Assembly (NCBI GenBank): GCA_002104945.1
Contig: MCFH01000004.1
Span: 1,178,001-1,242,000 of the forward strand
Direction of reading: 5' to 3'
Length of the DNA: 64,000 nt
DNA from: Piromyces finnis finn
Lineage: Eukaryota > Fungi > Neocallimastigomycota
Shown: positions 27,800 through 37,233 of the stretch, piece by piece
Position numbering within the stretch: position 1 is the stretch's first letter
Layout: each line of letters opens with the position of its first letter
Made by a program: the position numbers and the translations under genes
The notes under the pieces: model-generated
The model's input: only the letters and a program-made list of their open reading frames with translations
Databases searched by the model: none
What the model was told of the DNA's origin: nothing

Positions 27800-30700
27800 A
27801 TTCTTCTCATTTAAAACGCAATATTCGATTAAACATTAAATCAAAGGAAATATATGGAATAACCGATAAAAATTGATAATTCTTGTTTATATTATTGTTG
27901 GTGTGAAGTTTAGATGTAATGATTCAATCATACACATCAATGTTCATCAAATTATTATTATTAAAACTTTTATTATTATTAATTAAATTACTATCTAAAT
28001 TAGAATTATTATCTTCACTATTGCTATTACTACTATTAATACTACTATTATTAAAATTATTATTATTATTATTACTATTATTGTTATCTTTCTTATATTA
28101 ACATTTTCATTATTATTGATAGGACTATTGGAATTACGTTGACTGAAAAAATTAATAATTTGACTATATAATTGTAATGTTTCTCTAAATGTTGGCCAAT
28201 CTAATAATCAATGCTTAATACTTTGATCTCCACACTTGCAACATGGACAGTAGTTAGGACAAACTGGATCAACAAATTTGGCAGCTTTGGCAACTCTAGC
28301 ATCCAACTTGTATCCGCTTCTTGCTTTCAATAGCCAGTAAAAGCCATAGGCAAACTCTGGGTACTCATAACATAATTTGATAAAATCTTTAGTTTCAATA
28401 AATTTATTATCACCATAGTATTGTGCTTTGATTGAATTCCCTTTGAGATCTTTCCAGTAAAAGTTTTTAACTGCTTTAACATCTTCATGCTTCTTTAGTT
28501 TTATATCAAGTGTCCTACTTGATTTGTACCACGTGTATTTTCTAAATTTAGGAATGTAATTGACAAGGTGTGAGATAATACAATTTGAGTTTTTCCATTT
28601 GTTAAAACATCTAACCTGAGCTAAAGCACATTTGGCTGACAATGGAGGAATATTCAAATCTTTTGAGATAGAGTATAAAGATATAAACGATACAGCTTTA
28701 TGAACTCCGGCAACCCATCGTATTCCTTTGTTAACATGCTTCTGAGCAATCCTAGACCTAGCTTTGTTGGATCCAAGTAATGGTGCAAAGTATGAAACTC
28801 TGCTAATCACTTGTGAGTTAAGTACTAGCTTTTTGAAAGGAATAGGAATATTAAGATTTCTTAAGAATTTACTGACTGAGAAAAGTCCTTTCAAAACCTT
28901 GTTATTAAGAGCTTTAATTACTGGTTTAAGGGACAGATTCTTATCAAATGGAACACCAAGATAAGTATAACAATCAGTAGTTGGAATGGGTTGTCCTTCT
29001 AAGTAAAATGTTGGATCTCTCTTGTTCTGATTTTCTATTGATTCAGGACGAATCACCATCGTTGAACATTTCTGGATACCAAATTCCATTTCATTATACA
29101 AGGCCCATTCATTAACTCTTCTTAGCATCTTTTTTAAGCATCCTCTTGTTGGAGCACAAATAACTATATCATCTGCAAAAAGTCCACCACAGCATCGAGT
29201 GTCACCTAAACTGACTCCTAGATCTTCGCACTCTCTAAATATATCATTAATAAAGAGATTAAAAAGAATAGGCGAAAGTGGGCAACCTTGACGGACTCCT
29301 TTCTTCACATCAAAAGATTTCGAGAATTGTCCATCTAATTTGACATTAGCCTTAGATGTTAAATATAAATTTTTGATAAATTGTAAACTCTTACCTCGTA
29401 TTCCTAAACAATCTAATTTATGGAGAATATTACCGATTGGGACTGAATCGTATGCTTTCCTGAGATCTAAAAAGGCCAAATATGTCTCTTTATTATCTAA
29501 TTGACGTTTACGGCATATTTCTTGGATTGAAATGAAAAGACTGATACTTTCTTCCTTTTTTCGAAAACCAAATTGTTCAGGTCTAATGAAATTATTCTTT
29601 AGACCATATTCTGAGATTCTAGTGGTGACAATTTTGGAAATCAACTTAATGCCATTATTGATAAGTGATATACCTCGATAGTTATCACAATCTGTCAAAT
29701 CTCCCTTCTTAGGAATAGAAACAATACTGGATTCATTCCATGAGTTGGGGAAGTCTCCATCCCAAATACGGTTGAATAATTTAAGAATAAAATTTAAACC
29801 ATGAGCATCATTATCTGAAGTAGTATTACCGGAAGAATTATTATCTGTAGCATTATTAGAATCATTACTTGATGGAATTAATGCTTTGTAAAATTCAATT
29901 GGAATACCATCCGGACCTGAAGCTTTATAATTTGGAGTAGAGAGGATAGCTGACTTGACTTCATCAATACTAATATCTTGGTTGATATCCCATTCATCAA
30001 GCATAGGAAGTGAAAAATGTTTATTCGTTGGTTCTTCATACCAATGCTCTAAATCAAGACTTACACCACTTGGATCTGATGCAAGGTTTTCGAAATGATC
30101 ATGCCACACATCTAGTTGTTCTTCCGTAGCAACAACTAATTCTCCATTTTTGTTTTTAATTGGTTGAGCAATAAAGAAAGAATCTTTTCTAATTTTTGCA
30201 GTTTTCTTGATCCATTTCCAGGCCTTCTTAGGATTATGACTCTTCATATACTCACATCCTGTTTTAATCCAATGAAGATATTCTTGCTTCCTAAATTCAT
30301 TACATCTTTTGTGGATGTAATCAATGAGCTTACGGTAGATTTTAATTCTTTTAATAAATTCATCTATATCATAAATTCTTTCTTTTTTAAATCTCTTATA
30401 CAACTTCATTTTGATTTTTTGAAGATTAAAAATTTGTTGTGAAATATGAAATGAAGACTTTATAACATTATTTGCTGAGGTAATACTGAGCTCGTCTGCA
30501 ATTGAAAAAGCAGTTGAAGTAAACTCTTTGGAAAGTTCATCTGTAGAAACATTAGGATCGTTGAATTTTGCTGAAAGTATTTGGAATTTATTATGACTGA
30601 GAATAGATTCCTTTTCCTCAATACATTTTACTCTATTCCATTTCAGAATTTTCTTAGGAACATTAAAGTCATTAGAAAAATCTTCCATAGGAATAATTTT

Positions 30701-32403
30701 ACCATTAATAAGAAGTGGCTTATGGTCTGATACTGGATAAAAATTATTTATAAATGATCCTGAGTGAATAAGATCTTTCATCTTCGAATTGATAAGAGCA
30801 TGGTCAATGTCGGAAGATTGATCACCTCGAGTCCAAGAGATAGTCGACCCTCTAAGCGGAAGAATTTCCCAATCTCCTAATCCATTAGTTGATAACCAGT
30901 TGGATAATTTTACTTTAGACATATTAAAATCACCAACAAGAATCGATGGATGGGATGAATGAGTTTGTAACCACAAGCGAACTTCTAACTTTGCATGATC
31001 AACATAGATGTTGTGATGACTATGAGGCATATAAACATTTCCAATCGAGCATTTGAATCTATTCCAAAGACTAAAAGTATAAATAGAAATAATATACTTT
31101 CCAGAGAAGTTTTCAAGTGAGGCTTGACACGAATTGTGAAAACCTAAATATAAACCTCTCATTCCAGGAACTGATTCATCAGTTTTCTTGAAAAAGTGTC
31201 TATAGTTTCGCAAAGTAACACGACAAGGATAATCTGTATTCGAACCAGAACCATTACCAGTTTCTTGGAAACATAAAAATAATGGTTTGAAAATAGCTGT
31301 GAAATAGCTAATACTATCTCTCTTTTCGTGATTCCACCCATTGGTGTTCCAACTAAGACAAAAAGAAAAGTTATCAGGCTTGTTGGATGAGGAAGAATCG
31401 TTGCTATTATTATTATTATTAAAGTCATCGTTATTAATGGATGATGCATCAGAGGAATAAGTAGAACTATTACTAGATGGCTGTGAGACTGAAGAACTAT
31501 CAACTATTGAACTGTTATCAGAGTTGATAGAACTATTAGAATTAATTGTTGAATGTTGAGATTGAAATTGTGTTTGCTGTAGATCTGGAATATTTTCATG
31601 ATGGGAAACTTGTTGAAGATCTAGTTGAAGATCGGATTGTTGATGAGATTGTTGAACTAATTGTTGAAATGATTGTTGAATAGAATGTTGATGTTTATTA
31701 GAAACTAAAATTTTACGTTTGAGAGTGGAAAAAGTGTATTTGTGATTCCTTCTACTACGAGCTGGAAAGGAAATTGAGGTAACTGAAAGTTTCTTCTTTA
31801 ACATGTGTAAGATTTTAATACAATCTTTCGATGAACCATGAACCTTGACTAAGAAAAAGTGATCATTGAAAGTCTGAAAATATTTAACACTAATAACTGA
31901 ATTAAATTTATCTTCTAGAATAACCTCGAGTTTTTCCCATAGCATATTTACTGACCATGATCGAATACCACGGATAAAGAAGGAGCGAATATCATCTAAG
32001 GGGATACCATAAGACCGGGTACCACGTCTGATATAATTCTTATCTTTAATATAAAGGACTGACATGATAATAAATTCTAATTAAAAAATATTGAATATAA
32101 AATAAATACTAATAAAAATTACAAATATAACGTATATGGAAAAAAATCTGTCTCTCTCTCTCTTCTTAAAAGTACTGGATAGTACAAAAATTGTTACGAT
32201 GCTTTGTTTAAAGTTTCTTTTTTTTTTTTTGAATTCTAGTTGTTAACTTTTTTTAAAAATTCTAGTTTTGGTTTGTTGTTAGTAAATTCGATTCGTTTTT
32301 TGACACTAAAATTGTTTGACTTTACTTTTCATTAAATATTTAAATTGGTAAAAAATTTGAATCAAGAATGTCGACACCAGAAAGCTTGTGAATAGTATTT
32401 TTA
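27800..32403 (-). mobile_element. Near-full-length non-LTR retrotransposon (LINE, APE endonuclease + reverse transcriptase); boundaries approximate
   Basis: APE motifs SWNTNG, FQETG, GNVYMP, ILVGDFN, DIDHAL, SDHKPL. RT motifs NYRGISL, EQFGFR, FLDLRKAYDSV, GVRQGCPLSPILFNLFINDI, LFADD, YTYLGV. Degenerate C-terminal coding sequence continues to ~27800; the upstream 32289-32403 segment has a diverged copy at 33140-33254. Confidence 0.93.
28208..32065 (-). pseudogene. LINE APE-RT ORF (1285 aa open), cut by a premature TGA within the C-terminal Cys-His knuckle
   Basis: Ends CPCCKCGDQSIKH-TGA-LLDWPTFRE in frame, followed by a 1-nt frameshift near 28090 into an Asn-rich frame and further TGA codons. 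Confidence 0.8.
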
Positions 32404-33254
32404 CATGATGTAGAGTGAATCAGTCTCTTACAAGAAACAATACAACAATAGCTACATGAATATAAAAATACAATGCAAATGCTAAAGTTGACTACATTGG
32501 ATTCTTACAAGAGAAGAGTAGTACTACATGAATACATGAATAAAAGAAAAAAATACAGCAACAAAATGTATTACTCTTCTAATTAAATACTATACAAACT
32601 TACCTGAGTATCAAACATTCAACTTATTCATCAAATACTTAAATTCGATGAATAAAATGTTTTTTAATCGCTCAGTACCATGAGCTTAGTCCTAGTAATT
32701 TTCCCTTAAAGACTAACCAAGCATCCATTGCGCAATACTTGGATTTAATTCTTTCTACTCTCTCAGTACCATGAGCATGAGTAGACCCCCTTGAGAAACT
32801 ACATTTATTAAATAAATGAAGGCACGTTCCCAAGAGGGTGAGCATGAGTAGACCCCCTTGATAAACTCCATTATTAAATAAATGAAGGCACGTTCCTAAG
32901 AGGGCACCAAGCATCCATTGCGCAATACTTGGATTTAATTCTTTCTACTCTCTCAGTACCATGAGCATGAGTAGACCCCCTTGAGAAACTACATTTATTA
33001 AATAAAGGAAGGCACGTTCCCAAGAGGGAAATGATCAACATAGATGTTGTGATGACTATGAATGAGCATGAGTAGACCCCCTTGAGAAACTACATTTATT
33101 AAAGAAAGAATCTTTTCCAGGCCTTCTTAGGATTATGACCGATTGAATCTGACAACTAAAATTATTTGACTTTACTTTTCATTAAATATTTCAATTGTTA
33201 AAAATTTTAGAATCAAGAATATCGACACCAGAAAGCTTGTGAATAGTATTTTTT
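32404..33254 (-). mobile_element. Internally deleted, rearranged LINE derivative (5'-flank copy, ORF scraps, repeated ORF 3' end, putative 3' UTR) head-to-tail with the full-length LINE
   Basis: 55-bp unit A at 32717 and 32907. 66-67-bp unit B at 32772, 32839, 32962 and partial at 33063. Exact LINE-internal pieces at 33031-33061 and 33100-33139. A+B translates to LHLFNKCSFSRGSTHAHGTERVERIKS, which aligns with the LINE C-terminal relic at ~45990-46080 (WLMFKRFEATSKSVNAEETARQARRAS). Confidence 0.75.
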
Positions 33255-33609
33255 ATTTTCCAATTTCTTAAAGCATCTTAAAATTTTATGTAAATATCAC
33301 ATTATTAACACAACATTTTAAATATATTTCTATTAAATCTTTTTCTTTTTTTTTTTTATATTATTAATTTTTTATTAATTTTTATTTCTATTTTTTATTT
33401 ATAAATTTATATTAATTTTATTCTTTTACAAAATGTTTTACTTTTTAAAATAATAATTTTATTTTATTTTTATATTTATTTCTATTTTTTACTTTATATT
33501 TTTATTTATTTAATTAATACTTTAACAAAAATAAATTTTTTTCACTATAAAGAAATAAAAACGTTTAAAATAATCAATATTTTAAAAGTTTAAATTAAAT
33601 TATTTTAAT

Positions 33610-36600
33610 TTAACAATTGGTTGGAATACCACACCAATCACCATCTTCAACACCCCAGTCACCAAGATCATCAGTGTAGTAGACAGTTCTACATCCTGAA
33701 CAGCACTTGTAACCTTGTTTGATGAATTCAGCATTACAGATTTCTTCTTCTGGTTCTTCTGGTTCTTCATCAACTTCAGCTTCATAGAATGGGGATTTTT
33801 CTAACATACTAATGAAATATTCACTGAACCATGAACCAGCATCTGGAGAACCTGGGAATGAATCTTCACGACCACAAACTGGATCAGCTCTGGAACCAAC
33901 ATCAGAACCATCAGCTTCACCTGGTGGCTTGAGCCACATGTAAGCATCTAATAATGGCATCTTTTCTAAATCTGGACTTCCGCGAGATGGTTCACCTAAA
34001 CCAGCGTAAACGAAGTTACACCAGGTTTGGTTAACATCGAATTCTTCAGTAACATCAACACCACTACGACCGGTATCAACAATGAATTTCTTTCCAGTAA
34101 TACCAAGCTTTTCAAGAGCAGCATTAAGAGCTTCATGATAAGCGTATTCCTTTTCAATAGATTGATAGTTAGAAACATTGGTACTGAAACCACGAATGTT
34201 AGCATTTGGAGCATTGTCTAAGATTTCCTTAATGACAGCAGCAGTCTTGTCAGCAGCCCAACCTAACCACTTACCATGAGCAGCATCAAGGTAAGCACTA
34301 ACGTTACTCATGTTACCGAAAACGTTAGCAGCGTAGGAAAGAGCATTCTTGTGTAAAGTGTGAACATTCTTACAAGCTTCAGTAGAACCAGTAATAAGGT
34401 TACCAAGAGTATCTGGTTCAATAACCATAGCAACCTTAACATCTGGGTACTTGCTAATGGTATTAGCGATCTTGTCAACAATACCTTGGTATTTCTTAAG
34501 ATCAGAAGCACCACCAGCAGAAGCTAAACTGTTACAATCACGAGTTGGAATCATGTAAAGAATGAAAGTAATAGTCTTAGAACCAGCAGCCTTAAGATGA
34601 CCTTCAACTTCATTTGGAGCACCTTCCCAGGCTAACCAAACAGCAGAAGAAACATTCATGACATTATTAGCCTTGGCTTGTAATTTCTTGCTCATATCTT
34701 GCATAGAAGACTTAATTTCTTGAGCGTATCTTGGATTAACGTAAAGTTCATTGTCAAAGAAGTTAACAGTTGGAGCACTAGAAGTACCAGTTGGTTCGGA
34801 TGGAGTAACAGTTTCAGTTGGTTCGGATGGAGTAGTAGAAGTTTCACCATAGAATGGAGACTTTTCTAACATACTAATGAAATATTCACTGAACCATGAA
34901 CCAGCATCTGGAGAACCTGGGAATGAATCTTCACGACCACAAACTGGATCAGCTCTGGAACCAACATCAGAACCATCAGCTTCACCTGGTGGCTTGAGCC
35001 ACATGTAAGCATCTAATAATGGCATCTTTTCTAAATCTGGACTTCCGCGAGATGGTTCACCTAAACCAGCGTAAACGAAGTTACACCAGGTTTGGTTAAC
35101 ATCGAATTCTTCAGTAACATCAACACCACTACGACCGGTATCAACAATGAATTTCTTTCCAGTAATACCAAGCTTTTCAAGAGCAGCATTAAGAGCTTCA
35201 TGATAAGCGTATTCCTTTTCAATAGATTGGTAGTTAGAAACATTGGTACTGAAACCACGAATGTTAGCATTTGGAGCATTGTCTAAGATTTCCTTAATGA
35301 CAGCAGCAGTCTTGTCAGCAGCCCAACCTAACCACTTACCATGAGCAGCATCAAGGTAAGCACTAACGTTACTCATGTTACCGAAAACGTTAGCAGCGTA
35401 GGAAAGAGCATTCTTGTGTAAAGTGTGAACATTCTTACAAGCTTCAGTAGAACCAGTAATAAGGTTACCAAGAGTATCTGGTTCAATAACCATAGCAACC
35501 TTAACATCTGGGTACTTGCTAATGGTATTAGCGATCTTGTCAACAATACCTTGGTATTTCTTAAGATCAGAAGCACCACCAGCAGAAGCTAAACTGTTAC
35601 AATCACGAGTTGGAATCATGTAAAGAATGAAAGTAATAGTCTTAGAACCAGCAGCCTTAAGATGACCTTCAACTTCATTTGGAGCACCTTCCCAGGCTAA
35701 CCAAACAGCAGAAGAAACATTCATGACATTATTAGCCTTAGCCTTTAATTCATCGCTCATATCTGGCATGGAAGATTCAATTTCTTCAACGTATCTTGGA
35801 CTAATGTAAAGTTCATTGTCAAAGAAGTTAACAGTTGGAGCACTAGAAGTACCAGTTGGTTCGGATGGAGTAACAGTTTCAGTTGGTTCGGATGGAGTAG
35901 TAGAAGTTTCACCATAGAATGGAGACTTTTCTAACATACTAATGAAATATTCACTGAACCATGAACCAGCATCTGGAGAACCTGGGAATGAATCTTCACG
36001 ACCACAAACTGGATCAGCTCTGGAACCAACATCAGAACCATCAGCTTCACCTGGTGGCTTGAGCCACATGTAAGCATCTAATAATGGCATCTTTTCTAAA
36101 TCTGGACTTCCGCGAGATGGTTCACCTAAACCAGCGTAAACGAAGTTACACCAGGTTTGGTTAACATCGAATTCTTCAGTAACATCAACACCACTACGAC
36201 CGGTATCAACAATGAATTTCTTTCCAGTAATACCAAGCTTTTCAAGTTCGGCATTAAGAGCTTCGTGATAAGCGTATTCCTTTTCAATAGATTGATAGTT
36301 AGAAACATTGGTACTGAAACCACGAATGTTAGCATTTGGAGCATTGTCTAAGATTTCCTTAATGACAGCAGCAGTCTTGTCAGCAGCCCAACCTAACCAC
36401 TTACCATGAGCAGCATCAAGGTAAGCACTAACGTTACTCATGTTACCGAAAACGTTAGCAGCGTAGGAAAGAGCATTCTTGTGTAAAGTGTGAACATTCT
36501 TACAAGCTTCAGTAGAACCAGTAATAAGGTTACCAAGAGTATCTGGTTCAATAACCATAGCAACCTTAACATCTGGGTACTTGCTAATGGTATTAGCGAT

Positions 36601-37233
36601 CTTGTCAACAATACCTTGGTATTTCTTAAGATCAGAAGCACCACCAGCAGAAGCTAAACTGTTACAATCACGAGTTGGAATCATGTAAAGAATGAAAGTA
36701 ATAGTCTTAGAACCAGCAGCCTTAAGATGACCTTCAACTTCATCTGGAGCACCTTCCCAGGCTAACCAAACAGCAGAAGAAACATTCATGACATTCTTAG
36801 CCTTAGCCTTTAATTCATCGCTCATATCTGGCATGGAAGATTCAATTTCTTCAACGTATCTTGGACTAATGTAAAGTTCATTATCAAAGAAGTTTTCAGT
36901 TGGAGCATTGTTAGTTGGTCCAGAAACATTACATGATTCTGGAATACCACACCAATAATTGTTTTCAACACCCCATTGTCCCATTTCATCTGTTAAGTAA
37001 ACATCACAATGGGAACAACACTTATAACCGTATTGTTCAAATTTACAATTGTTTAAAAGATCACCACATTTGCTTTCATCGATGAAACACCATTCACCGT
37101 TAAGGCTACCCCATCTACCTTCATCATCAGTTTCTATAACTTGACAATTATTACAACATTCATAATTTGGATGACATGATGAAGCGAAGGCTGAACCTGC
37201 AGCGAATAATGATAAAATATTTAGATATTTCAT
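33610..37233 (-). CDS. Cellulosomal GH6 cellulase (cellobiohydrolase-type): signal peptide, 2 dockerins, 3 tandem GH6 domains, 1 C-terminal dockerin (1207 aa, intronless)
   Basis: Each domain has YMIPTRDC, IEPD (catalytic acid), YLDAAHGKWLGW, GFSTNVSNY, FIVDTGRSG, WCN, WLKPPGEADG and PDAGSWF. Dockerins YECCNNCQVIETDDEGRWGSLNGEWC, YKCCSHCDVYLTDEMGQWGVENNYWCGI and YKCCSGCRTVYYTDDLGDWGVEDGDWCGI. Confidence 0.95.
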   Translation of the reverse strand: MKYLNILSLFAAGSAFASSCHPNYECCNNCQVIETDDEGRWGSLNGEWCFIDESKCGDLLNNCKFEQYGYKCCSHCDVYLTDEMGQWGVENNYWCGIPESCNVSGPTNNAPTENFFDNELYISPRYVEEIESSMPDMSDELKAKAKNVMNVSSAVWLAWEGAPDEVEGHLKAAGSKTITFILYMIPTRDCNSLASAGGASDLKKYQGIVDKIANTISKYPDVKVAMVIEPDTLGNLITGSTEACKNVHTLHKNALSYAANVFGNMSNVSAYLDAAHGKWLGWAADKTAAVIKEILDNAPNANIRGFSTNVSNYQSIEKEYAYHEALNAELEKLGITGKKFIVDTGRSGVDVTEEFDVNQTWCNFVYAGLGEPSRGSPDLEKMPLLDAYMWLKPPGEADGSDVGSRADPVCGREDSFPGSPDAGSWFSEYFISMLEKSPFYGETSTTPSEPTETVTPSEPTGTSSAPTVNFFDNELYISPRYVEEIESSMPDMSDELKAKANNVMNVSSAVWLAWEGAPNEVEGHLKAAGSKTITFILYMIPTRDCNSLASAGGASDLKKYQGIVDKIANTISKYPDVKVAMVIEPDTLGNLITGSTEACKNVHTLHKNALSYAANVFGNMSNVSAYLDAAHGKWLGWAADKTAAVIKEILDNAPNANIRGFSTNVSNYQSIEKEYAYHEALNAALEKLGITGKKFIVDTGRSGVDVTEEFDVNQTWCNFVYAGLGEPSRGSPDLEKMPLLDAYMWLKPPGEADGSDVGSRADPVCGREDSFPGSPDAGSWFSEYFISMLEKSPFYGETSTTPSEPTETVTPSEPTGTSSAPTVNFFDNELYVNPRYAQEIKSSMQDMSKKLQAKANNVMNVSSAVWLAWEGAPNEVEGHLKAAGSKTITFILYMIPTRDCNSLASAGGASDLKKYQGIVDKIANTISKYPDVKVAMVIEPDTLGNLITGSTEACKNVHTLHKNALSYAANVFGNMSNVSAYLDAAHGKWLGWAADKTAAVIKEILDNAPNANIRGFSTNVSNYQSIEKEYAYHEALNAALEKLGITGKKFIVDTGRSGVDVTEEFDVNQTWCNFVYAGLGEPSRGSPDLEKMPLLDAYMWLKPPGEADGSDVGSRADPVCGREDSFPGSPDAGSWFSEYFISMLEKSPFYEAEVDEEPEEPEEEICNAEFIKQGYKCCSGCRTVYYTDDLGDWGVEDGDWCGIPTNC
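33790..36906. repeat. Intragenic tandem triplication, 1065-bp period (355 aa)
   Basis: Equivalent positions at 34776, 35841 and 36906; the shadow ORFs in the track recur at exactly 1065-bp offsets. Confidence 0.95.

Noticed and set aside
27800-28210. TGA read as Trp (alternative code or programmed readthrough) in the LINE tail
   Set aside because: Trp is TGG elsewhere in this ORF and in host genes, and a frameshift and a Cys loss co-occur, so decay is the simpler explanation.
32717-33139. CRISPR array reading of the repeat/unique-insert pattern
   Set aside because: Eukaryotic context, no cas genes, units of 55-67 bp that are irregular and mostly abut without spacers, and the repeats themselves translate as a LINE C-terminus. 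Kept only as a templated patchwork.
33600-36644. Short repeated ORFs overlapping the GH6 gene
   Set aside because: Alternative-frame and antisense shadows that recur with the 1065-bp period; no independent coding signal.
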